Source: Eledone cirrhosa (taxonomy: Eukaryota). Taken from it: DNA of 64,000 nt. The stretch lies in the NCBI GenBank assembly GCA_964016885.1, contig OZ024740.1, positions 156,364,001 to 156,428,000 of the forward strand. The letters run 5' to 3'. Of the stretch, positions 52,627 to 64,000 are shown in pieces. The notes under the pieces are model-generated. The model was not told the origin of the DNA, did no database searches, and saw nothing but the letters and a program-made list of their open reading frames with translations. Made by a program: the position numbers and the translations under genes. How positions within the stretch are numbered: the first letter of the stretch is position 1; every line of letters begins with the position of its first letter.

Positions 52627-53020
52627 CCTTTAAGTATGTTTGTGACAAAGTGCAGCAAAATTTACATGTAATAATATTTTCCTTTTTATCGGAATTCCAA
52701 GGTTCATCCATTAGTGAGATCATTTCATCATTGTCTTCAAATTTAAAAATATTATACATGAAATGTTTGCCAGAAAGTGTATATATCAGAACTTCCGTTA
52801 CAGTTTTGGGATGGGGGTGGGGGTGAGGGGCTTCAATATACATACTGTACATGTTTATTATTATTATTAGCTCACGATCTTTTATCACCTATGTGAGACT
52901 AAGAAAGAAATAAAAAATAACATGATCATACTAACATATTTAGAATCAATAGAAAATCAGTGTACTAAAAACCAATGTACAAGTATATAAGACCCCCAAC
53001 CCCTTAGCGCCGGATTGCTT

Positions 53021-53079
<59 letters not shown>

Positions 53080-53108
53080 ACACCCACACCCACACACACA
53101 CACCCACC

Positions 53109-53146
<38 letters not shown>

Positions 53147-53354
53147 AGAAAGGAGAGAACAAAGAACGCAGGCGGTGGTGTGTGTAATATATAACTAAAT
53201 GTGTGACAGTGTGTGTTCATTCTAAAGACGACATTGAAATGTCAACTTGTTTAGTTGATTAGAACACGAATATCAGAATTTCTTTTTTCTTTTTCCTTTC
53301 TTATTTCGGTGCACACATTTCTGTGTTTCACTCTCACAGAGAGACATTTTAATT

Positions 53355-53860
53355 TTATCATACAAACCTTTAACAGCTCAAGGATTTTATCTAGCCATCT
53401 TGCACGGGGTCTACCCTGGATCTCCTGCCAGTTGGTTTATCCGTAAAATCTGTCCAAAGTTTCGACATTCTTACCGAATGTCCGTAGTATTAGAGCTGTG
53501 ATCTCAAAATTCGGAGAAGTAGCGGCTCAACCTGGAGTGACTCTCTGATCTCTGAGTTACGCACTCTATCGATTAACGTTACTCTAAAGACACTTCGGAG
53601 GAACCCCATTTCAATCGCTTGTATTAGCGATCGTATTCTTTCAGTTATTACCCAAGACTCATGACCACGAATTGAAGATAGCAAATTTGGCTTTTACACC
53701 TACCTCACTTCTTCTGATTACCAAATACTGAATTTGACGCATTACTGTACCAGCTCCTGTAATTCTTGCACTTAATTTAATCTCCTGCCTTTCATGACTC
53801 GTGAACACGGCCCCGAGATACTTGAACTTCTCCACCTGCTTCAGTGGAACTTCACTCGGC
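53355..53860 (-). mobile_element. RTE-like LINE 3' fragment
   Basis: Translates to GHESWV..RIRSLIQAIEMGFLR..VTLIDRVRNSEIRESL, with an upstream QVEKFKYLG motif. Confidence 0.75.
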
Positions 53861-54037
53861 TGGTTACGCTAGGGCATCCAACTAGATCAATTGGAGAAAG
53901 TTGCTTCTGAGAGAAACCCCGGGAAGGTGTCTTTGAGGACTCTGCCTATACAACCTTCCCTTGATTAAGTGGGCGAAGAAGAAGAAGAAGAGAAACAATA
54001 ACATAGGTGTGGGTATGTCTATAATGCTTCCATTAAT

Positions 54038-54330
54038 AAATGTTTCTACTTTTGGCACAATTACTCCAGTGCATTACTGGTACTTTATTTTATCGACTCA
54101 AAATGTAAAGAGCCATAACTCTATGCTGAAAATATGATATCTGACGATCTACCGGTACTGCCAATCCAGATTTCTAATTTGGGTACAAGGATTTGACTTG
54201 TATTTTATGTTATTGACACCGGAAGGTGAAAGCCACAGTTGACTTTGGCGGGAATTCAACTCAGAACGCAAAGGGACGTGATTAAAATCATCTTATTCGA
54301 CGATCTAACGATTCTGCCAATCCGCTACCT
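54038..54330 (-). mobile_element. Two adjacent degraded SINE copies
   Basis: Tail TGTTTCTACTTTTGGCACAA and two A-box remnants (CTGCCAATCC). Confidence 0.65.
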
Positions 54331-55228
54331 TAGCGTTTCTATTAAGAATACAACGGAAAATATGCCCCAAACTTACATCCTCTGCTGTAAAACAAAAGCA
54401 AACTGCGAGGGAAGCAGAATCATATAAGGTCTTGCATTCCTCGTGGTCAAATTTACGTACGATTCTTAAAAACTAGAAGGCACCAAAATATGTTTATGTG
54501 CCAACTGATAAAACCGAAACATTGTCCATCGTGAGATTCTTTCATAACAACATGATGTTAGCAGCTTTAATGTCATAAAGCTGGAATTATTTTAAACGTT
54601 ATTTGCTGTTTCATGTATTGCTTCTGGCCACCTCTATTATTTGTATACATAGGTTAGCTCAAAGCACTCCGGTTTTTACACTTTCTAAGAATTATTTTAT
54701 TTTCATTTGTGATTTACCTTGCGGCACTTCGATTTCTGATATTTTATATAAAAGGAAATGTGTTAATAAATTAAAATATCAAAATGAAAAATAAAAAAAG
54801 AAAGAATATTATATTCAATAATAGTTTTAAAATTGATTAAAACTTTTTCTCTTCCATTTAATCATGTAATCTTTTATCAAACACATAAATTTGCGACATG
54901 GCATTTTGACAATTGAATTAGGAAGCAAGCTATTCATATGGAACGCGTATTTGTTTAAAAAATCATTTTTTACATGTATAACTTTACAAGAGAAACCCAA
55001 TAGCGTTTCTAAATCCAAATATACCTTCATTTTATTCTCAATAGTTCAGTCCTTGTTGCGTCTTTGGGTCTGAGAAATTATTACAAGTCACGAAAAAAAC
55101 CCATTGTATTCCGAGATATTTCGTGTTGGTTTGAAATAGATAGACTTGGTAGTTGGGCTACTTGGACTCCGCCTTAGAAGATATAGTGCTGGAGTCGACA
55201 CACACACACACACATATATATATATACA

Positions 55229-55560
55229 GTATATTACCAAATATACATTCATACATTCATGTATACATCGTTATTTCAGAGCACCAATCCTAATTTTTAA
55301 TTTTTGCTAGACCAGCAATCGCTCTGTATAATCAGTTCCTGATTATTACTGGAATTCTATAAGAATCCAGCCTCTATAATTTTCGGCAGAGGTCGGCGAG
55401 TACTAGGCTCTGACGAACACCAACAGTGTGAAACAGATCTGTCAGCTTATCTCTCTTCCTTTGCTGAAAAAAAAAGAAGTAAGTGTCACTACTTAAAAAT
55501 AATAGCGCAAGGTCTTCAAAATGTTTTTAATTAAACATACGGTATATTACCAAATATACT
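55229..55560 (+). mobile_element. 313-bp terminally redundant hammerhead-bearing unit (retrozyme/pLTR-like monomer)
   Basis: GTATATTACCAAATATAC at 55229 and 55542; flanked by (TA)n; contains a hammerhead. Confidence 0.75.
55404..55449 (+). ncRNA. Type I hammerhead ribozyme, canonical core
   Basis: Stem I TAGGCT/AGCTTA, core CTGACGA, stem II ACAC-CAACA-GTGT, GAAA, palindromic stem III ACAGATCTGT, predicted GUC cleavage after 55443. Confidence 0.88.
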
Positions 55561-55569
55561 ATACATACA

Positions 55570-55641
<72 letters not shown>

Positions 55642-55714
55642 CATATATACGTACCTACATGCGTCTACAGGGAGAGATTGAGAAAGTGTGCGCGCGCGTG
55701 TGTGTGTGAGAGAG

Positions 55715-55755
<41 letters not shown>

Positions 55756-55957
55756 TAAATTTTTCAAGACTCAAACTGATATATAAATGTCAAATGTACA
55801 AGAACAAAAGCAATCAAAAACCTGTATCACTTTCACGAGATATCGAATGTCACGCCAGACACTGCTTTCTAATCATCACCCTACTAGACAGGCTATTTGT
55901 TACCGTATGGAATATATTTAAAATTATTATATATATTATACATATATACACACATAC

Positions 55958-56059
<102 letters not shown>

Positions 56060-56224
56060 AATTAGTATATCTACCAACATATGTATACAGATGCATACCT
56101 ATGCTAGCAAATATATAGGTTTTGTCTTAGTAACTTTGTGGTTCAATGCAAGGGGATGCAGAACAATTATATGAAAGACGTAAAATAAGAAAATTATGAA
56201 AATCAACTTACTTACTAAAATTTC

Positions 56225-56305
56225 ACTCCAACTAATTAGTTTCTGTAAGGGAATAAATATGGTTACCGAACGGAACCATAGAGAATCCTTACGTCATCAG
56301 GGAGT
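56225..56305 (-). ncRNA. Type I hammerhead ribozyme with long stem II (copy 1)
   Basis: Minus strand reads ACTCC-CTGATGA-long stem II-GAAAC-TAATTA-GTT-GGAGT. Confidence 0.82.
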
Positions 56306-56751
56306 CTATTTTCAGCTAAGTTCTCAGGCAATGCATGGACACAGGGAACTTATACAAAAATAATTCAGTGGATGGAAAAAAGCGAACGGGGACTAAATTC
56401 CAGGACATTGAAAAAATCACTGCCTACTTGGTCAGTGGCAAATTCAAAAGAATCAATCATGTGACACTGAGGTTAATCAGTGAGGAGTGGGGTGCTATTA
56501 AGACAGGAGCCTGACTACTACTATGAACCATAGCAGTAATTTCGGCAAATTTTAGCTCAACAAATAATTAGGAGATAATTATATTGAATTAGTATATCTA
56601 CCAACATATGTATACAGATGCATACCTATGCTAGCAAATATATAGGTTTTGTCTTAGTAACTTTGTGGTTCAATGCAAGGGGATGCAGAACAATTATATG
56701 AAAGACGTAAAATAAGAAAATTATGAAAATCAACTTACTTACTAAAATTTC

Positions 56752-56832
56752 ACTCCAACTAATTAGTTTCTGTAAGGGAATAAATATGGTTACCGAACGG
56801 AACCATAGAGAATCCTTACGTCATCAGGGAGT
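56752..56832 (-). ncRNA. Type I hammerhead ribozyme with long stem II (copy 2)
   Basis: Identical to 56225-56305. Confidence 0.82.
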
Positions 56833-57535
56833 CTATTCTCAGCTAAGTTCCCAGGCAATGCGTTCTTAATAAATAGTATCAACTATTACTTCATTAACTT
56901 CACTGTATTTAGGCAGGCAGTGTTGTATTATATATATTTTTTATTACTGTGTTTGTGACGACAGCAAAATAAATTAGTTACATGTAAGGTATGAAATCTG
57001 GCCGCAGGCATGACAAGTTTGTAGCATAATCCATCGAAATGTGAGCGAGAAAAGAATTGTGACATTCTTTTCTCGCTCAAATTTCGCATGGCTTGGATGC
57101 GTCTTTCGTCTTCAATGATTCGCTAGATCTTATATTCACATGTATCACTGACTTGTTTTCTCATTTTTCCACTCTTTACGTTGCCTCACCATTCTTGTTT
57201 GTTTACATGTCTCTCTTTCTCCACCCAATTCTTTTTATCCCAATAACTTATTTTAGTTATTGTTCGTGCTGGCTTGAGGTATCTGATCTTTAAAGCGAAG
57301 AAATACCTATGATGGCCAGAAGATCACTGATGATGGATAATCCTGGCTTCATGGGCTATTTTTTAATTCATATGTATCACATTCGCAACAACGCAGCACG
57401 CAATGTTTCATTCCTATATATATATATATATAATATCAATAGACACACACCCACACACATGAGTGTATCTTAGATGATTTTAATCTTAAGATTAAGTATA
57501 TATGTCATACATAGAAGAACAGAATACGTAACATG

Positions 57536-57594
<59 letters not shown>

Positions 57595-57652
57595 GCACGT
57601 GCACACTCACACACATATATATATATATACATATGTGTGTGAGTGTGTTTGA

Positions 57653-57775
<123 letters not shown>

Positions 57776-58378
57776 CCATATGATGGCTCTAATTTCAAAA
57801 CACATAATAACAGCAGAGTACAAATAAAAATATTTCAAAGCACACCATTATATAATGGACTGTTGTGGCGTTCATGTTTCACATAAATGGACGACAGGAG
57901 TGGTGAAAGGATGAATGGTGTTGGAAGACATTGGCTATATAATTGAAGAGAAACATCGACCAACCCGGAAAAGAAATGAATTGAAAACTCCGATTATCAT
58001 CGGAAAGATTCGGAAGCCGTTGACTTGTGTCTACATAATAATTTATTGTTTAACGATGATCAATAATTTATTACATTAAGACAATTCGATGCCGAGAGCT
58101 GATATCTTATTCTACGCAACATGATTTATACTGATATTAACGATATAGACGTCATTAACCATATAGAATAGATGAGATTGTGTGAAACATACAGCGGCCT
58201 TTCAAGAGCGTCCTACAAGGGAATCCTACAATGATCTCTATGTTCTGTTTCTTCATATTCTCACTGTCTGTTCATACACTTCCTACTTCAATTAAACAAC
58301 AACTTCCATGCACACACATACGCAGAAACACTTATATACATACACAAACACACACACACACACATATATATGTGTATG

Positions 58379-58422
<44 letters not shown>

Positions 58423-58424
<2 letters not shown>

Positions 58425-58541
58425 AACGGCTTGAGCTCAGCCGTCGGGGTCTTACTTGTTCCTATTACCCACTCTACTACCCTAAGTATTGAGTACTTTG
58501 GTACGTTATGGTCCACCTGGTTCCTTACCACATTTCCTTCG

Positions 58542-58543
<2 letters not shown>
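58423..58543 (+). mobile_element. 5'-truncated copy of the 45394-45650 element, in (TA)n
   Basis: Close match to 45530-45650 with the same 3' end CCTTCGTT followed by (AT)n. Confidence 0.85.
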
Positions 58544-58590
<47 letters not shown>

Positions 58591-58761
58591 TATGTGTGTC
58601 GATATGTATCTATATATATGTGTGTGTGTGTGTGTATATATATATTTATGTATGCATATATGTATGTATGTATCCATTTATTTTATATCTGTCGAACTAA
58701 CTATCCATCTAGCTTTCTACTTCCTTCTCCCCACCCCTCTCTCTCTCTCTATATATATATA

Positions 58762-58831
<70 letters not shown>

Positions 58832-59191
58832 TAAACATACCTACACCAATCATACACAAATAGATATAGATATATACATAAATCCTGTACACACACATAG
58901 AGACACTCACCGGCACGTAATCATTCACAGTCTCTTAAATTCACCTTGCACTGTTATCGTAAACAATCTCCACCTCCTCAAGTAAAAATAGACACGTATA
59001 TCAAGGAAACAATTATACACCATTTACTGTGCATAAACATTACACTGAACCACATGCCACAAACTACATTGTTACAACCTAATGTTTTATGGTAACCTTA
59101 CATATGTCGTTGGACATCCATCGATTTCGACGACGAGTGTTCCTATTTATCGAACAACAGAACAACCTACTTTGAAAATAACGTGCAAGTG

Positions 59192-59383
59192 CAGACCTGC
59201 CAATCTCTAAACGGAGAGTGCCATGTAAAAGATAAAAATGCCCCAAAACGGGCAGAAATGAGGCAAAATGGGGAAATTTTACATAATGAAAGCTATACCC
59301 ATTTTCACAAAAGAAGGCATCTCTTTCCCACCTCAAAGTGGGTGGGAGATCTCCCCGTCAGACGGGGAGAGTTGACAGGCCTG
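59192..59383. mobile_element. Putative hAT-like MITE
   Basis: Imperfect TIRs CAGACCTGCCAATCTCT and GAGAGTTGACAGGCCTG; flanks CAAGTG and CAACTG. Confidence 0.5.
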
Positions 59384-59479
59384 CAACTGGCCGGGCATTT
59401 CACAGACACTTATACCGATAAAGTAGATCTAAAAGTAAACAAATGTGACAATGCTGATCCTTTGAATTACAGGCACGAC

Positions 59480-59615
59480 TAATTTTGTCATCTGAGAAGA
59501 TTGTAGCAACGTGAAATAAATTTCTTTCTGTTCGCAGTTACACCATACTGCTAGGAATCGAACCCAGAACCTCACAATCGTCAGCCGACCACTTTAACCA
59601 CTAAGCCACGTGCCT
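59480..59615 (-). mobile_element. Second tRNA-derived SINE family, degraded
   Basis: Minus-strand A box TGGCTTAGTGG and B box GGTTCGATTCC at tRNA spacing, but no proper acceptor stem. Confidence 0.6.
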
Positions 59616-59980
59616 TTACTGACCTTACATTTACAAACATTATGAAAACCATATCCCATTGTCAAGGTTTCATCTTCGGAGTGGTGCTATACTTAAACCA
59701 TCTGAAATTCTAATTACTGACTGGGTAAGTATACTGTATCTAGTATGGAATATTGATAATAGGCAATCTACAACATCTACTTACCAGATATGTTTATTCA
59801 CATCAAATATAGCACTATGTTCTCTCGTTAGCTAACACTAACCACCAATTATCTTACATAGCAGTAATTTACCTCACCCTCAACTAGTAAAACATACGTT
59901 CACACACACACACACACACGTGTTTATAGGTATGTGTGTGTATATATCTCTAAATGCATCTCTTCCCCTCTCTATATATA

Positions 59981-60088
59981 CAGGGTGTCCCTCAAAAATG
60001 AATACACACTTCAACAGCATTCCAATAAATATTGCCTGTACAGTTAATCAAAGTCTGTATACATTTTTTTGAGGGGGGCTGGGACCCA
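59981..60088. mobile_element. Putative mariner-type MITE
   Basis: TA|CAGGGTGTCCCTCAAAAATGAATACACACTT with a degraded inverted copy at 60051-60088. Confidence 0.5.
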
Positions 60089-61652
60089 ATATATACATAT
60101 ATATACCTATACATAAATACATATATAAATGCATACAAATATACATACATATAAACAAATATAAACATACAAATAAATGAATATATACGTATAGACATAT
60201 TTATACACACATACAACCACACATATATATTTATATAACTGTATATAATAACTATCAATGGCTTCTCAGAATAGACAAACTGTTTTGAGAAGCCAGTATC
60301 TTCAACTTCGTAAGCAATAAACACCCATAATTGATAATACAAGACTCTTGAGGCAATATTGAATCATTTATTCAGCATATGTTTAGTGTTCCGGAGAAGA
60401 GAAACTAAATCTGCCAGCCAAACAATAACTCTTCTCCGATTACTCATTAAATATCTATACACGGATCCTCTCTTAAGAATGGGATTTTAAATCCGAAAAT
60501 ATTTGAGATAAATAAAATTGCTAGGGTAAAATTCTACCATCCTCACTTTTTTCTCAATCTTTTATTCTCTATAACTACCTTGGCACCTTTAATCTTGCAC
60601 GCATTGCCGGGCTTCCAAATATTTAAACCTATTTAAATTTGTATTTCTTATTCCACAATGCTTCAAGCAAACTACATAACTTTGTGATATATACATATAT
60701 ATGTTATTATTTATACTCTGCTCCCCAAGAGCATTGAATGCTCATATTGGCATATCGCCTACGGACGCAATTAATTTTCACCTTTAATACACACCAGCAC
60801 ACAAATAAAAATACATATCTCTACTTTCTTTATTTCAATAGAAAGTCTGAATTTTGACACCTCAGCACATCATCCATATTCACTGAAGCAGAAGAATTCT
60901 CCCCCATCCCCTTTTTCTTGACCATTATCTTTTGTTTGGCACAAAATTCTCTAAATGGCTACAAAAAAAAAAAGAAGAAAATTCCCAGATACGGGTGTGA
61001 AATTTAATGTACTTGTTCACGTGACAGTCATAATTTCATTTATAACCAATCAAATTACATTTATAGAAAAAAGCCTCTGTGAGCCACTTTGTGTGTGTGT
61101 TTGTGTGTGTGTGTGTATGTGTGTGTGTGTGTGTGTGTGTTAGAATATTTGTTTAAAACGTTAACCGAACGTTAACCGAATGAACACTCAATACTGGTAG
61201 ATAGAGTGTAGAAATTTGTTTTCCAATGAGAAAAGTGGCAGTTACTTCGAAGTCATTGCCACCCTTCTACATAGATCACAACGAACCCCACCCCCACACA
61301 TACACATATATATCTATATATACCAAAAGAGGTCAATGTATAATATAAAAGGATTGTGTGGCTCTATGATAGCTCGATGAGTTAGATATCTAAGACTTCA
61401 GAGCCACTGCCAATATAGAAACGATATAAATAACATATTGTATATATATATAAATATGTTTACACTTACATATCGTAGGAGTTAAGAATTTATGAATTCA
61501 TTCGAAGCTAATGCTTCATTTTATCTCCACTCATATTTCTTTTGGTGTTCGTCAAGAACGAATGGTCTCATATGCTTCGGTCCTTCATCATTACTTCAGT
61601 TTAACGTGGAATGCTATTTATTTCAACTGTTGTTACACACACACACACACAC

Positions 61653-61701
<49 letters not shown>

Positions 61702-61773
61702 TAGCGAAACAAACGGTTATTAAACAATTTTCTAAATAAATTAAAAAATGATTAAATAATCACCTGTTCAGAT

Positions 61774-61854
61774 GCTGTTACCGACGGTTTCATCATTCCG
61801 AAAGATTGGAAATCCAACGAATCTCCAATGGAAAGAAATGAATCTTCAGACAGC
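61774..61854 (-). ncRNA. Type I hammerhead ribozyme, array unit 1
   Basis: Minus strand reads GCTGT-CTGAAGA-long stem II-GAAACCGTCGGTA-ACAGC; predicted GUA cleavage between 61779 and 61778. Confidence 0.85.
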
Positions 61855-62230
61855 CCTATTTCCACGCTATAAGGTATAGCAAGTAAATATTATGCTCCCT
61901 GCCCAACGCATGCGGTCAAGCCGTTAAAGTGACACACACGCAAATCAGGTCGCTGATAAAAGCTGGATATTATAAACATGTCGAATTGCCACTAAAATTA
62001 GCGGCATTATTCAACGTTTTGTTCTCTACGTAAGGAGAATAAATTATAGAAGTGGATGGATACTTCAACAGGTACAATGTACTTGTAGAAATATTCAAGT
62101 TGTTTATAATACATATGGTTCAATGGCACTAATTCGAGATACCAGAACAATATAAAAGTAGCGAAACAAACGGTTATTAAACAATTTTCTAAATAAATTA
62201 AAAAATGATTAAATAATCACCTGTTCAGAT

Positions 62231-62311
62231 GCTGTTACCGACGGTTTCATCATTCCGAAAGATTGGAAATCCAACGAATCTCCAATGGAAAGAAATGAAT
62301 CTTCAGACAGC
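62231..62311 (-). ncRNA. Type I hammerhead ribozyme, array unit 2
   Basis: Same as unit 1, offset by 457 bp. Confidence 0.85.
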
Positions 62312-62687
62312 CCTATTTCCACGCTATAAGGTATAGCAAGTAAATATTATGCTCCCTGCCCAACGCATGCGGTCAAGCCGTTAAAGTGACACACACGCAA
62401 ATCAGGTCGCTGATAAAAGCTGGATATTATAAACATGTCGAATTGCCACTAAAATTAGCGGCATTATTCAACGTTTTGTTCTCTACGTAAGGAGAATAAA
62501 TTATAGAAGTGGATGGATACTTCAACAGGTACAATGTACTTGTAGAAATATTCAAGTTGTTTATAATACATATGGTTCAATGGCACTAATTCGAGATACC
62601 AGAACAATATAAAAGTAGCGAAACAAACGGTTATTAAACAATTTTCTAAATAAATTAAAAAATGATTAAATAATCACCTGTTCAGAT

Positions 62688-62768
62688 GCTGTTACCGACG
62701 GTTTCATCATTCCGAAAGATTGGAAATCCAACGAATCTCCAATGGAAAGAAATGAATCTTCAGACAGC
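62688..62768 (-). ncRNA. Type I hammerhead ribozyme, array unit 3
   Basis: Same as unit 1, offset by 914 bp. Confidence 0.85.
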
Positions 62769-63144
62769 CCTATTTCCACGCTATAAGGTATAGCAAGTAA
62801 ATATTATGCTCCCTGCCCAACGCATGCGGTCAAGCCGTTAAAGTGACACACACGCAAATCAGGTCGCTGATAAAAGCTGGATATTATAAACATGTCGAAT
62901 TGCCACTAAAATTAGCGGCATTATTCAACGTTTTGTTCTCTACGTAAGGAGAATAAATTATAGAAGTGGATGGATACTTCAACAGGTACAATGTACTTGT
63001 AGAAATATTCAAGTTGTTTATAATACATATGGTTCAATGGCACTAATTCGAGATACCAGAACAATATAAAAGTAGCGAAACAAACGGTTATTAAACAATT
63101 TTCTAAATAAATTAAAAAATGATTAAATAATCACCTGTTCAGAT

Positions 63145-63225
63145 GCTGTTACCGACGGTTTCATCATTCCGAAAGATTGGAAATCTAACGAATCTCCAAT
63201 GGAAAGAAATGAATCTTCAGACAGC
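63145..63225 (-). ncRNA. Type I hammerhead ribozyme, array unit 4
   Basis: Same as unit 1 with one substitution at the stem II apex (63186). Confidence 0.85.
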
Positions 63226-63601
63226 CCTATTTCCACGCTATAAGGTATAGCAAGTAAATATTATGCTCCCTGCCCAACGCATGCGGTCAAGCCGTTAAAG
63301 TGACACACACGCAAATCAGGTCGCTGATAAAAGCTGGATATTATAAACATGTCGAATTGCCACTAAAATTAGCGGCATTATTCAACGTTTTGTTCTCTAC
63401 GTAAGGAGAATACATTATAGAAGTGGATGGATACTTCAACAGGTACAATGTACTTGTAGAAATATTCAAGTTGTTTATAATACATATGGTTCAATGGCAC
63501 TAATTCGAGATACCAGAACAATATAAAAGTAGCGAAACAAACGGTTATTAAACAATTTTCTAAATAAATAAAAAAATGATTAAATAATCACCTGTTCAGA
63601 T

Positions 63602-63682
63602 GCTGTTACCGACGGTTTCATCATTCCGAAAGATTGGAAATCCAACGAATCTCCAATGGAAAGAAATGAATCTTCAGACAGC
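63602..63682 (-). ncRNA. Type I hammerhead ribozyme, array unit 5
   Basis: Same as unit 1, offset by 1828 bp. Confidence 0.85.
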
Positions 63683-64000
63683 CCTATTTCCACGCTATAA
63701 GGTATAGCAAGTAAATATTATGCTCCCTGCCCAACGCATGCGGTCAAGCCGTTAAAGTGACACACACGCAAATCAGGTCGCTGATAAAAGCTGGATATTA
63801 TAAACATGTCGAATTGCCACTAAAATTAGCGGCATTATTCAACGTTTTGTTCTCTACGTAAGGAGAATAAATTATAGAAGTGGATGGATACTTCAACAGG
63901 TACAATGTACTTGTAGAAATATTCAAGTTGTTTATAATACATATGGTTCAATGGCACTAATTCGAGATACCAGAACAATATAAAAGTAGCGAAACAAACG

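Larger units (their letters stand above)
61693..64000 (-). repeat. 457-bp tandem array (5 full units plus the start of a sixth, continuing past the window), one hammerhead per unit
   Basis: Marker GTAGCGAAAC at 61701, 62158, 62615, 63072, 63529 and 63986; only about 3 substitutions seen among units. Confidence 0.97.

Noticed and set aside
57325-57350. CTGATGA followed by a GGA/TCC mini-stem as a hammerhead
   Set aside because: No GAAA box or stem III follows.
59545-59615. Functional tRNA gene
   Set aside because: A and B boxes are present but the acceptor and anticodon stems do not form properly, so it is better read as a SINE head.
61693-64000. CRISPR-like or coding tandem array
   Set aside because: Units are contiguous and near-identical with no unique spacers and no ORF of 60 aa or more, and the context is eukaryotic.

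Overview
Repeat-dense eukaryotic (animal) non-genic DNA; the SINE family and microsatellite load suggest an octopus-like cephalopod, which is an inference only. I could not support any host gene. Bases 1-34.3 kb are a pile-up of microsatellite-associated non-LTR retrotransposons. There are five Tx1/L1-clade copies: two in (ATT)n, and three in (ATCT)n-like repeats, one of them fully intact at 22535-28255. Two R4/Dong-type RLE elements lie in (TAA)n, alongside tRNA-derived SINEs and a non-autonomous Helitron. Downstream are an internally deleted Gypsy LTR element inserted in a SINE, CR1-, RTE- and hAT-type remnants and MITEs. The most notable signal is a set of sequence-unrelated, non-coding, (TA)n-anchored units between 44 and 64 kb that carry type I hammerhead ribozyme folds. 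These are a 457-bp tandem array (5+ near-identical units), a 527-bp 1.5-mer, a 313-bp terminally redundant monomer and several degenerate motifs. Together they look like retrozyme/Penelope-pLTR-like circular-RNA mobile elements. All calls come from reading the sequence by eye, and boundaries in microsatellites are approximate.
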